From Fimbriimonadaceae bacterium (GTDB lineage: Bacteria > Armatimonadota > Fimbriimonadia > Fimbriimonadales > Fimbriimonadaceae): 64,000 nt of DNA. The translations under genes were made by a program, and so were the position numbers. The notes below the pieces were generated by a model that did not search any database, was not told the origin of the DNA, and saw only the letters and a list, made by a program, of their open reading frames with translations. This document shows, one piece after another, positions 18,156-27,521 of this stretch; within the stretch, counting starts at the first letter, position 1, and each line of letters begins with the position of its first letter. The DNA is taken from contig JBASWW010000071.1 of assembly GCA_049276675.1 (NCBI GenBank), forward strand, positions 28,819 to 92,818. Reading direction: 5' to 3'.

Positions 18156-18416
18156 CTAAGCAGCCTGCTCGGGATACACGCTAATCCGGCGGCGAGCTTT
18201 CGGACCCTCGAACATCACTTGGCCATCGGAGAGTGCGAAGAGCGTCCAATCGTTGCCGACCCCTACGTTCGAGCCCGGATGGAACTTGCTGCCGCATTGG
18301 CGTACAAGAATCGTTCCGGCCTTTACGACCTCGCCGCCGTACTTCTTCACGCCGCGACGCTGTGCGTTCGAGTCGCGTCCGTTCCTGGTTGAGCCTTGTC
18401 CCTTTTTATGTGCCAT
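18156..18416 (-). CDS. rpmA: 50S ribosomal protein L27
   Basis: [25 protein letters not shown]-terminus. Confidence 0.97.
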   Translation of the reverse strand: MAHKKGQGSTRNGRDSNAQRRGVKKYGGEVVKAGTILVRQCGSKFHPGSNVGVGNDWTLFALSDGQVMFEGPKARRRISVYPEQAA

Positions 18417-18424
18417 AGCAGTGA

Positions 18425-18742
18425 TCAGCCACCTTTGATGATATCGGTCACTCGGAGGAATGTTTGCGGCTGCCGGTGGCCCCAGCGCTTGCGCTCGTTT
18501 TTCTTGGCCTTGTAGTTAAAGCCGTCGATTTTCGGGCCTTTGGCTTGACGAATGATCTCAGCCTTGACCTTCGCACCCTTCACAAAAGGCGATCCAACCG
18601 TCAGCTTGTCGCCGTCGCAGACCATAATGACCTCGTCCAAGTCGAGCTTGGCGCCCGGCTCACCCTCAAGCTTCTCGACGATGATGACGCCGTCCTTCTC
18701 GGCCTTGAACTGCTTTCCCCCGGTCTTGACGATAGCGTACAT
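18425..18742 (-). CDS. rplU: 50S ribosomal protein L21
   Basis: [18 protein letters not shown] start at the internal ATG 18742, located immediately upstream of rpmA. Confidence 0.95.
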   Translation of the reverse strand: MYAIVKTGGKQFKAEKDGVIIVEKLEGEPGAKLDLDEVIMVCDGDKLTVGSPFVKGAKVKAEIIRQAKGPKIDGFNYKAKKNERKRWGHRQPQTFLRVTDIIKGG

Positions 18743-18859
18743 AGTCGTGTGCGCGCCCTTGACGCGAACTGGAATTGTGGCACGTCCGGACAAGAATAAT
18801 CAAGCGGAAGATCGACCAAAACGATTGAATCGGTCTTGTTCGTCCATCCCACCCGCTCG

Positions 18860-20803
18860 CTAGGCTGCATCCTCGAGCTCCGAGAGGGCCGCCACGATCT
18901 CCGGATCGAACCGGCCCGGATCGTCGAGCAGCGGCTTCCCGCGATCGTCAGCCAGGGCGAGCAGCGCGGAGAGAATTCGCGCGAGGAAGGGAATACCCTG
19001 CCCTTCCAATTCATTGGGACCCTTGCCGTCAAATCGCTCCTGCATCGCTTCGAGGCTCGGCTGAAGAATGCGGAACTCCTCGATCTTTTCGAGCTCAACC
19101 AATGCCTCGGCCCCGCCTTCGGCAGTGAGCCTCTTGTAAGTCGTGGCCACGATGCCTAGACAGTGGAGGATTGACTGTTGGGCAGGCGAAATCGCCACGG
19201 ACTCACGCAACAGATCAATCTGGGAAAGTACAAGAGCTTCGACTTCTTTGGCTCGCTCCGCGTCTTCGGCGGGCACCCATTCCCACACGCGCTCCGCACT
19301 GAGGTGCTCATGCTTGCGGTTCGTGTAAGCGCCCTTATATGCGAGCACCTTGTTTCGGCCAGCGCGCTTCGCCTGGAATAGGGCAGCATCCGCAGCTTTG
19401 AGCAGTGCCCCTGGCTCCCGGGCATTCTTCGGAAAGCAGGCGCAGCCTACGCTCACCGTCACATGCCGATCCCGGCCGGAACTGGTCGTAAACGAAACCT
19501 GGCTCACCTTCTTCCGGATCCGCTCGGCAACCGCCATCGCAGACGACATCGAGCTGCCGGGCATAACCACCGTAAACTCCTCGCCGCCATAGCGCGCGGC
19601 GAGGTCGTACGGCCGGACCGCCAGCTTGATCGCGTCGGCCACCAGCCGCAGGACCTCGTCCCCCGCGTCGTGCCCCTCTTCTTCGTTAAAGCTTCGGAAG
19701 TGGTCCACGTCGATCATCAACAATCCCATTTCCTGGCCCGTTCGCTGCGCCTCGGCAAACCGTCGCTGCAGGAATTCCTGCATGGTTCGGTGGTTGGCGA
19801 TGCCGGTGAGCGCGTCGTGGGTGGCCATCCGCTCGAAGCTCTCGAACAGCATCGAGCTGTTCAGGGCGAGAGAAAGATGCTCCGCTGCCGTTTGGAAGAG
19901 CTCCTGGCTTGCGTGGAAATGCTCGTCGCCTTCTCGCGCAACGAGCTCCAGCACGCCGATCAGCTTGTCGCTGATCACCAACGGGAACACGCTCAAGGCG
20001 CCCGGTTGGAGATAGCAGAATTTTGCCTCCAGCTCGGAGGTCATGACATGGTCCGCCACATCGTTAAGCAAGAACGGCTGCCTGCTGCCCGCAACAAGCT
20101 CCGCCACGCACGAGCTTCCGCCGCTCGTCTCAAGTTGCGCAAGGAGCGTGGTGCCGTGACGGTTTGCGCCGACGCTCGCCGCAAGGCGGAGACAGCCCGT
20201 CTCGGAGTCCACTGTCCAGAGCAGCACCGAGGCCAGTTCTGCCACCGATGCGATCTCATGCACTGCGGCCAGGCAAAGCTGCTGCATGCGCTGGTCCATG
20301 GTAAGCGCCTTGCCCAGCCTTTTGAGCGCAGCGGCAGCCCTCGTGCTTTTCGATGCCTGTCGACGAATGCTCCGCTCTTCCGAGGCGAGGGTTACCAGAA
20401 CCAGCACCTGCTTGGCGGAGCCTTCCTTTAGCCCGGCTACGTGGTAGCGCATTCCTTCGAGGTAGAGCGTTCCGGTTGAGCCATCGAACGCACTGCTGAC
20501 GAGGTTGCCGATCTGGGTGATCAGGACGCTTTGTGTGGCTTCGAGATAGGGGCTCTTCTTGGCAAGTCCCCAGGAATTGATGATATAGCCGGTTGAATCG
20601 AGCATCGCCGCCCCGACGAGTTCGGGGTCAAGCGAGTTGAGCAGAGCTGGCTCGGGAAGGTCGAGCACCAGAGAGGCACCGCCCTTCAAGGGCAGCGTAA
20701 GAGGGAAGCCCTCTACAGCGGCGATATCGCCGTCCTCTATCACCCGCACGCCCAGCTCGCGCAACAGGGCCACGAGGCTCTGATACGGAAAAGTTTCGCT
20801 CAA
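18860..20803 (-). CDS. GAF domain-containing diguanylate cyclase (GGDEF) with degenerate HD-GYP-like C-terminal region
   Basis: Central GAF-like region, DVDHFRSFNEEEGHDAGD and RYGGEEFTVVMPG (GGEEF) motifs. The C-terminal ERFDGKGPNELEGQGIPFLARIL resembles the second half of HD-GYP domains but lacks GYP. Confidence 0.8.
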   Translation of the reverse strand: MSETFPYQSLVALLRELGVRVIEDGDIAAVEGFPLTLPLKGGASLVLDLPEPALLNSLDPELVGAAMLDSTGYIINSWGLAKKSPYLEATQSVLITQIGNLVSSAFDGSTGTLYLEGMRYHVAGLKEGSAKQVLVLVTLASEERSIRRQASKSTRAAAALKRLGKALTMDQRMQQLCLAAVHEIASVAELASVLLWTVDSETGCLRLAASVGANRHGTTLLAQLETSGGSSCVAELVAGSRQPFLLNDVADHVMTSELEAKFCYLQPGALSVFPLVISDKLIGVLELVAREGDEHFHASQELFQTAAEHLSLALNSSMLFESFERMATHDALTGIANHRTMQEFLQRRFAEAQRTGQEMGLLMIDVDHFRSFNEEEGHDAGDEVLRLVADAIKLAVRPYDLAARYGGEEFTVVMPGSSMSSAMAVAERIRKKVSQVSFTTSSGRDRHVTVSVGCACFPKNAREPGALLKAADAALFQAKRAGRNKVLAYKGAYTNRKHEHLSAERVWEWVPAEDAERAKEVEALVLSQIDLLRESVAISPAQQSILHCLGIVATTYKRLTAEGGAEALVELEKIEEFRILQPSLEAMQERFDGKGPNELEGQGIPFLARILSALLALADDRGKPLLDDPGRFDPEIVAALSELEDAA

Positions 20804-20918
20804 CCATAAGGATTGTCGGCATCAGCCTCCAGCTAGCTGAGGATGAATCGCCGGAAAAACGTCATGTTGGCTGAATTGAACGCGATCCTAGGGCGCCGGC
20901 GTCTAGATATTGGACTCC

Positions 20919-22697
20919 ATGATGAAATTGCCTAAGCTTGCCCGCCGCTTCGCGTTCCTCGTCTTGCTCGCCGTTCTAGCCTCGTGTAACAGCGGCGCGG
21001 GAGGAGGCGGCACCCTCTACTATCAAACGGACTGGACCAACCGTGGCTCCGGCATCACCGGGCTCTCCCAACGCGTGAACGTCTTCGATTCAAGCGAGAA
21101 GCTGATCAAAACGGCGATCGTGAACCAGGATACGGGCGGGCTCCAGCAGGCCACCATAACCGAGGTTGGCAGCGGGATGCGACACGTCCGTGTCGATCTC
21201 TTCTCAGGGCGCGACCTGCAGGGCGTGCAGACCGGAGAACTGGATGTCTGGGTGGACATCGGCCGGGAAGCCTCTATCCTGAGCGGCGTGGGCGAGAGCC
21301 CGACACAGGTCAAGGTCACGCCCGCGGCCGCCACTTTCCCGGTGCAGCACAGCCGGCAATTCTATGCTGCCGGGTATTCACTTCCCGACAAGATGGTCTT
21401 CACCGAGATCGACGGCTTTACCTGGGAGGCTTTTGGTGGCGTGGCGACGGTAACCGAGGATGGCGCCGCGACGGGTATCGCCGAGGGATCGGGAACCATA
21501 CGCGCCACCCACACCGACACCGGTTTACAGGGCGGCGCGGCGATCACCATCAGTCCGTTCCAGACCGAGCAATCCAAGTGGACGGTGCTGGTCTATCTGA
21601 ATGGCGCCAACGACCTTTCCCAATTCAGCATGCTGAACGTGGATCAGATGGAGACCGTTGCGGGCAATCCAGCCAACTTGAGATTCATCGTGCAGTGGAA
21701 GCAGGCGCCAGATCTGGGCTTCCCGACGTGGTTTGACGGCACCCGCCGGTATCTGATCAAGAACAACGTGGCGGACGGCCAGATCGATAGCGAACTTATC
21801 CAGGACATGGGGACGGGCGTGGACATGGGTGATCCGGACACGCTCAACGACTTCGTGCAGTGGGCCCGAACCTACTATCCGGGCGACCGCTTCGTCATCG
21901 TCATTTGGAATCACGGCAACGGCTGGCTGAACCGCGACCGCGTCCCTCCTCCCACCAGGGGCGTCAGCTACGATGATCAAACCGGCAACTACATCCGCAC
22001 CCACCAGCTCTCGCAGGCTCTTGGGAATGATCCTTTCGACATTGTTGCGTGGGACGCGAGCCTCATGCAGATGATGGAGGTCGCATACGAGATCAAGGAC
22101 AATGCGCTTTATGTGGTTGGCAGCGAGGAAAGCCCGCCCGGCGAGGGGTATCCCTACGACACGATCTTTGCCAAGTTCCGGGACACTCCCGACGACACGA
22201 CCAAGAACCTCAGCAAGGCTTTCGTCGACGGCATGCTCGGGGTTGGCGGCTATGTGAATCGCAAGATCACACAGAGTTCGATCGAGACGGCGCAGCTCGA
22301 CGGCCTTGCCTCGGCGCTAGACAATCTCGCGGTCGAACTGATTGCCAACCAGGCTTCGATCGGAGCGGACATCGCATGGGTTCGCGACAACACGAAGAGC
22401 TACAGCGAGAGCCAAGCCATGAATCGCCACTTCCGCGATGTCGTGGACCTGTGCCTGAAGATCGAGTCGAGGCTGGCCGCTTTTCCGAGCATCGTGTCTG
22501 CGGCGGCGGCCGTTCGCGCGGCAGCGGCAGCGGCGGTCGTCTGGGAGGGCCACAACAACAACTCGCTGAACAGCTATGGTGTGTCGATCGACTTCTCGAA
22601 GGCTTCAGACTTCAATCTGAACAACTCAACGGACTATGCATTGCTGCGCTTCGCGACGGCGACGCAGTGGAACGAGTGGCTTCAGATCGCGCCTTAG
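20919..22697 (+). CDS. Clostripain-related (peptidase C11-like) lipoprotein with N-terminal Ig-like (Big_2-type) domain
   Basis: Lipobox LLAVLASC. WTVLVYLNGANDL, VIVIWNHGNGW (His-Gly site) and VAWDASLMQMMEVAYE resemble the C11 core, but the expected Cys position is Ser. Confidence 0.65.
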   Translation: MMKLPKLARRFAFLVLLAVLASCNSGAGGGGTLYYQTDWTNRGSGITGLSQRVNVFDSSEKLIKTAIVNQDTGGLQQATITEVGSGMRHVRVDLFSGRDLQGVQTGELDVWVDIGREASILSGVGESPTQVKVTPAAATFPVQHSRQFYAAGYSLPDKMVFTEIDGFTWEAFGGVATVTEDGAATGIAEGSGTIRATHTDTGLQGGAAITISPFQTEQSKWTVLVYLNGANDLSQFSMLNVDQMETVAGNPANLRFIVQWKQAPDLGFPTWFDGTRRYLIKNNVADGQIDSELIQDMGTGVDMGDPDTLNDFVQWARTYYPGDRFVIVIWNHGNGWLNRDRVPPPTRGVSYDDQTGNYIRTHQLSQALGNDPFDIVAWDASLMQMMEVAYEIKDNALYVVGSEESPPGEGYPYDTIFAKFRDTPDDTTKNLSKAFVDGMLGVGGYVNRKITQSSIETAQLDGLASALDNLAVELIANQASIGADIAWVRDNTKSYSESQAMNRHFRDVVDLCLKIESRLAAFPSIVSAAAAVRAAAAAAVVWEGHNNNSLNSYGVSIDFSKASDFNLNNSTDYALLRFATATQWNEWLQIAP

Positions 22698-22835
22698 GAA
22701 CGGCATTCTCAGGTCTTGTGACTCGGAGGCTGCCGGCCCGGTTTTTCGATCATCACAACATCTACGTGTATAGGGATGATTATGATCGGGGCTCATAGCC
22801 TCAGGCATTTCTCATCGCATGCTGCGGACAGATGG

Positions 22836-24554
22836 CTAGGCTGGAACAGGCTCGGGCTGCATGGGAGGTTGGGGCTTCGGCCTTGCGAATGTGATGACGC
22901 CCTCGATGAACATCCACGCCGCGAAGAACAGAAGGATGAGCCCCACCGTCGCCTCTGCCGTAAATCCGCCCGCATTGTAGGCTTTGAGAAGGATCGAGCT
23001 CAGCGCCCAGCAGCTCATGCCATACATGAACAGGCACGGCACGCCGGTCACGAGCAGTGCCCACTTCGCGCGGCGGGTGTTCCAGAGCCAGACCGTGATT
23101 CCTAGCAGCGTGAGGGCGGCGAGGAGCTGATTCGATGCCCCAAAGAGGTTCCAGAAGACGCGATAGGTGGGGATCGGCTTGCCATCGGGGCCAAGTGGCT
23201 GCTGGATCAGGAAGTAGACCGGGGCAAGGACGGTCAGGCCCGTTCCGAGCCACGCCCCCTTGGCATTATGCCAGCCCGTGAATTCTTGGATGATGTACCT
23301 GCCGAGGCGGGTGCACACATCGAGCGTGTCATAGACAAACGTGGTGAACGCCAGCATCATGGTCGCCATCGCAAGGGCCTTCGAGACCCCAATGATCGTG
23401 AGCGAGTTGCTCAGGCCGTCCGCAAAGATAAAGGGAGGCGCTTTGCCGGCGATAGGGTTCCCCTGCGTGAGAACCATCACCGTGGACAGCGAGATAAACG
23501 CAACGCCGGCTTCCAGCAGCATGGTGCCATAGCCGATCGGCTTGGCGTCCGTTTCCTTCTTGAGCTGCTTCGAGGTGGTCCCGGATGCAATGAGCGAATG
23601 GAACCCGCTGACCGCCCCGCACGCGATCATGATAAAGAGGAATGGGGCCAGCGTGCTTCCATCCTTGCCCATCCAGCCCGTGAACGCCGGATACGTTGCG
23701 GTGTAGCCACCAAAAAGCAGCCCGAGAACTCCCGTGGCGAGGAAGAAATAGAGGAAGTAGCCGCCAAGATGGCCTCTGGGCTGCAGCAAAAGCCACATTG
23801 GCATGACCGCCGCGATCACGCAGTACAGGAGGATACCGATGCCCCAGAGCTTCTGCGCCTGAGCGTCGGTGGTCCCAAATATTGAAGCGAGATCGAGCGG
23901 GATATGCTGCCCCGCCCAGATCGCGAGCAAGACAAGAGGCAGGAAGATCACGGTCGCCATGCCAAGAGAAAGCTTCGTGAACTTGAGGAGCAAGCCCATG
24001 ATGATCGGCAATGCGAGGTAGATCATCGAAGAGGTGGCGATCCCGCCGCCAGACACGATCTCCCCGTTTTCCAGCTTTTGCTGGCCGACGAATGAGGCCG
24101 CCGTGACGTCGGTGAATGCCACGATGATGTAGATCAGGGCGAGCCAGATGAAGCTGAGAAACAGCAGGTAGGCGCGAGGGGTCATGTGGTCGCGCACGAC
24201 GTTGGCGATAGTGCGCCCCTTGTGCCGAATGCTGGCCACCAGCGCGGCGAAGTCGTGCACTCCGCCAACGAGAATCGAGCCCACGAGAATCCAGATCAGG
24301 GCGGGAACCCAGCCAAACATGAGTCCGGCGAGGATCGGGCCAACGATTGGCCCGGCGGCGGCAATCGCGGAAAAGTGCTGTCCCAGGAGGAACTTGGAGT
24401 CGGTGGGGATGAAATCCTGGTCGTCCCTGAATTCGTTCGCCGGCGTCGGAGTGCGGTCGTCGAGCCTGAAAAGCCTCGCGAGCACCGGGCCGTATGTGAC
24501 GTAGGCGATACCGAGCAGGGCAAAGACACCTATTGCGACGACCAGCAGACTCAT
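22836..24554 (-). CDS. cstA: Carbon starvation protein A (peptide/pyruvate transporter CstA family)
   Basis: 572-aa polytopic protein whose N-terminus (YGPVLARLFRLDD..TPA...DDQDFIPT) and GHFSAIAAAGPIVGP-type motif are typical of CstA. Confidence 0.88.
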   Translation of the reverse strand: MSLLVVAIGVFALLGIAYVTYGPVLARLFRLDDRTPTPANEFRDDQDFIPTDSKFLLGQHFSAIAAAGPIVGPILAGLMFGWVPALIWILVGSILVGGVHDFAALVASIRHKGRTIANVVRDHMTPRAYLLFLSFIWLALIYIIVAFTDVTAASFVGQQKLENGEIVSGGGIATSSMIYLALPIIMGLLLKFTKLSLGMATVIFLPLVLLAIWAGQHIPLDLASIFGTTDAQAQKLWGIGILLYCVIAAVMPMWLLLQPRGHLGGYFLYFFLATGVLGLLFGGYTATYPAFTGWMGKDGSTLAPFLFIMIACGAVSGFHSLIASGTTSKQLKKETDAKPIGYGTMLLEAGVAFISLSTVMVLTQGNPIAGKAPPFIFADGLSNSLTIIGVSKALAMATMMLAFTTFVYDTLDVCTRLGRYIIQEFTGWHNAKGAWLGTGLTVLAPVYFLIQQPLGPDGKPIPTYRVFWNLFGASNQLLAALTLLGITVWLWNTRRAKWALLVTGVPCLFMYGMSCWALSSILLKAYNAGGFTAEATVGLILLFFAAWMFIEGVITFARPKPQPPMQPEPVPA

Positions 24555-24609
24555 TGTTTCACCTGATTGTCAGGACGGTCCTCATCCTCGTTTGGATACC
24601 GCCAACCTG

Positions 24610-25311
24610 CTATCGCTTCCGGCGCAGTCCCAGCAGAAGAGCGCCGAGCGCGGCCAAGGTGGCAGGCTCGGGCACGATTTCTCCCTCCATCTCGAACGCC
24701 CACTCCTGATCCTGGACGCCGTTGAAAACATCCATCGTGACCCAAGGACCGAACGCGGAGCCATCCTCCATGATCTCAAAATTCCATTGGGCGCGGGCCG
24801 TCCCCTTGGCCGTTCTCGTCGTCAGTATTCCGTTCTTGCCGCCACCGTTTGAGAAGGTTTGCAGCGTCCGGAATCCAATGAAGTAATGGCCGGGGCCGAG
24901 GACCAGATCCATCGAAAGGCTATTGCTCCACACATTCTCGCCGAAGGCGGCGTTAAACCATCCCGTGTCCGCCCGATCGAGCGGTTGGCTGAATGCGCCA
25001 GTGAAGACCTCGCCCGGAGGCCCACCTGGGTTGTCGCCGTTAAAGATGTACCAATCGCCGCCGAGGATTTCGGGGTTCGATATCGGCACGCTGTAATAGG
25101 TCAGCTTCGTGAGGCGAGTGGTTTCTGTAAGGATGAAGTCGTCAGCCGCGCAGCGATAGGAGACAAAGTCGGGATCGTTTGCCCGGCTTGCAGTCCATCC
25201 GTCGGCCGTGTTCATCAGGTCGGCGGGCTTGTTGTCGATGTTCGACCAGACAACCGTCGCATTGGAAACGGCCGCGAGGGCGAGAACGGAGAAAATTGCC
25301 GGCGTACGCAT
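24610..25311 (-). CDS. PEP-CTERM sorting domain-containing secreted protein
   Basis: N-terminal signal peptide. The C-terminus VPEPATLAALGALLLGLRRKR has the PEP motif, a hydrophobic helix and a basic tail. Confidence 0.8.
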   Translation of the reverse strand: MRTPAIFSVLALAAVSNATVVWSNIDNKPADLMNTADGWTASRANDPDFVSYRCAADDFILTETTRLTKLTYYSVPISNPEILGGDWYIFNGDNPGGPPGEVFTGAFSQPLDRADTGWFNAAFGENVWSNSLSMDLVLGPGHYFIGFRTLQTFSNGGGKNGILTTRTAKGTARAQWNFEIMEDGSAFGPWVTMDVFNGVQDQEWAFEMEGEIVPEPATLAALGALLLGLRRKR

Positions 25312-25373
25312 GATCCAGATTGTACGGCAGTTTTTGCCCGAGTGCGGTCAAACTTAGAGGAAAGGAGATCGAA

Positions 25374-26150
25374 ATGAGAAAGCTATTGATTGCAATCGTT
25401 GGCCTTGCTGCCATGCAGGCCGTTGGGCAGAACATCGTGACCAAGCTCGTCACGTACAAATCGGGCGATGTCGAGCTCGAAGCGTACATGGCCTACGACA
25501 TGTCGGCAAAGGGCAAAAGGCCGGCCGTGCTCGTGGTGCACGACTGGAACAGCATTGACGACTATGAGCGCGGGCGCGTGGTCCAGCTTGCGGAAATGGG
25601 ATATGTCGCCTTCGCGGTGGATATTTATGGAAAGGGCATTCGGCCCAAGAACCGGGAAGAGTCGGCGGCGCAAGCGGGCAAATATCGGGGCAACCGGACG
25701 CTGCTTCGTGAGCGGGTCGTGGCCGGACTCACCGAACTGAAGAAGAGTCCTCTCGTGGATACCTCGAAGATTGCCGCAATCGGCTATTGTTTTGGCGGCA
25801 CAACCGTGCTTGAACTGGCGAGAGCCGGTGCAGATGTCAAGGGCGTGGTGAGCTTCCATGGCGGCCTCTCAAGCCCTACTCCCGCTGACGCCAAGAACAT
25901 CAAGGCGAAGATATTGGTGTGCCACGGCGCAGACGATCCGGGTGTTCCCCCGGCGGAGGTTGCCGGCTTCGAAAAGGAGATGCGCGATGCAAAGGTCGAT
26001 TACACTTTGATCGCCTACAGCGGCGCGGTGCACAGCTTCACGGAGCCGAGCGCGGGAAACGATCCTTCAAAGGGTTCGGCCTATCATCCGCTCGCGGACA
26101 AGCGCTCGTGGGAACACATGAAGGTGTTCTTCACGGAACTGTTTAGGTAG
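25374..26150 (+). CDS. Dienelactone hydrolase family protein (secreted)
   Basis: Signal peptide MRKLLIAIVGLAAMQA. The alpha/beta hydrolase pattern includes PAVLVVHDW, GYCFGG (nucleophile elbow with Cys) and the HGADDP...H tail. Confidence 0.8.
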   Translation: MRKLLIAIVGLAAMQAVGQNIVTKLVTYKSGDVELEAYMAYDMSAKGKRPAVLVVHDWNSIDDYERGRVVQLAEMGYVAFAVDIYGKGIRPKNREESAAQAGKYRGNRTLLRERVVAGLTELKKSPLVDTSKIAAIGYCFGGTTVLELARAGADVKGVVSFHGGLSSPTPADAKNIKAKILVCHGADDPGVPPAEVAGFEKEMRDAKVDYTLIAYSGAVHSFTEPSAGNDPSKGSAYHPLADKRSWEHMKVFFTELFR

Positions 26151-26175
26151 GTCCGGCATTCCTGTCGGACTCAGT

Positions 26176-26808
26176 CTAGCCTTGCGGGGGCCTTGTTCGG
26201 GATGAGATGTCGTGGCTGTAGAGATAGGCGACGACCAGTCCCGCCAAGGCCATCTTTATGAGGCCCTCCAGCACGACGGTTGCGACCTCTGCGCCTGCAA
26301 GCCTGCTTCCCGCCGAGCCTCCGCCGATGAGCGTCATCAAGCCCTCGCCCGCGACTCCCAGCATCCCGATCATCGTGAACATTCGGCCCCAGTCGAGGAA
26401 TCTCCAGAGGCCGATGGTGCCTGCCACGCCGATCAATCCTGCTCCACAGAAGATCAGGTTAAAGAGGAAGAGCACGACCTGGTTGGTGAGTATGCCCGTC
26501 TGATACCAGCGGGTCATGCCATGGCCCAGAGTCCAGTTCGTGGCCAAGGACATCGAGCCGATAAAGGCGATGACCAGGACTAGGACAAACATCCAGTGGT
26601 CTTGAAGATTGCCCATAAATGGCGGCCTTGGGGCCCTATAGGGTGCTTGATACCCGCCCTGGGCGTATCCAGGCTGCCCAGTTGGAGGGGCTTGTTGCGG
26701 AGCGGCCGGCTGGGCCGGCGCGCCGGCCATCGCCGAACCGCAATGGACGCAAAACTTCGCGGTGGCGGCGTTTTCCCGCCCGCATTGAGGACAATTCTGC
26801 ATATTCAT
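26176..26808 (-). CDS. Zinc-ribbon domain membrane protein
   Basis: N-terminal CPQCGRENAATAKFCVHCG zinc ribbon, a Pro/Gln-rich linker, then several hydrophobic helices. Confidence 0.6.
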   Translation of the reverse strand: MNMQNCPQCGRENAATAKFCVHCGSAMAGAPAQPAAPQQAPPTGQPGYAQGGYQAPYRAPRPPFMGNLQDHWMFVLVLVIAFIGSMSLATNWTLGHGMTRWYQTGILTNQVVLFLFNLIFCGAGLIGVAGTIGLWRFLDWGRMFTMIGMLGVAGEGLMTLIGGGSAGSRLAGAEVATVVLEGLIKMALAGLVVAYLYSHDISSRTRPPQG

Positions 26809-26918
26809 CCGCTCCCAAAACGCGGGGCTTGGGACTCCCGCTCATCTTTCTGAGACGAGCCTGCCGCCCCGAAAGCACGTGGCGCAGCCGGGGATGATTT
26901 GTCGTACACTTCGCGGCA

Positions 26919-27491
26919 GTGGGCGAGATCATTGAGAAATCCCTTGCGGAAGCGGAAGACATGTTGCGGCACTTCGTCTCCGATCGCAACACGCTCGAGG
27001 CTATGGAGTCCGCGGTTGCCGAGATCGTCAAGGCGTTTCATTCGGGCGGAAAGCTCCTGTCCTGTGGCAATGGGGGAAGCATGTGCGACGCCATGCATTT
27101 CGCCGAGGAGTGGAGTGGCCGATTCCGCCTGGACCGGCGCCCGTACCCTGCGATTGCCCTCAGCGACCCCGCCCATATGAGCTGCGTAGCGAACGATTAC
27201 GGCTACGAATTCGTGTTTTCCAGGCAGGTCGAGGCACTTGCCAAGTCCGGCGATGTCCTGTTCATTCTCACGACCTCGGGCAATTCGCCCAGTATCGTCG
27301 AGGCGGCCAAGGCGGCTCGGCTGGCTGGAGCGAGAGTGATCGGGCTTCTAGGCAAAGGGGGTGGGGAGGTGCGAGCTTTGTGCGACATCGTCATCCACGC
27401 TCCGGGCAAGACATCCGACCGAATCCAAGAGCTCCACATGCTCGCACTGCATATCCTCATCGAAGCGGCTGAGGCGCAACTGGCTCCGTAG
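26919..27491 (+). CDS. gmhA: D-sedoheptulose 7-phosphate isomerase (SIS domain)
   Basis: CGNGGSMCDAMHFAEE, TTSGNSPSIVEA and the IQELHMLALHIL tail. GTG start. Confidence 0.88.
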   Translation: MGEIIEKSLAEAEDMLRHFVSDRNTLEAMESAVAEIVKAFHSGGKLLSCGNGGSMCDAMHFAEEWSGRFRLDRRPYPAIALSDPAHMSCVANDYGYEFVFSRQVEALAKSGDVLFILTTSGNSPSIVEAAKAARLAGARVIGLLGKGGGEVRALCDIVIHAPGKTSDRIQELHMLALHILIEAAEAQLAP

Positions 27492-27521
27492 GCGCCGGTT
27501 GGCTCGAACCGGCGAACCGCC

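Noticed and set aside
22698-22770. Possible intrinsic terminator after the C11-like gene (gctgccggcccggTTTTT).
   Set aside because: The stem is only about 4 bp and poorly defined. The T-run alone is not enough.
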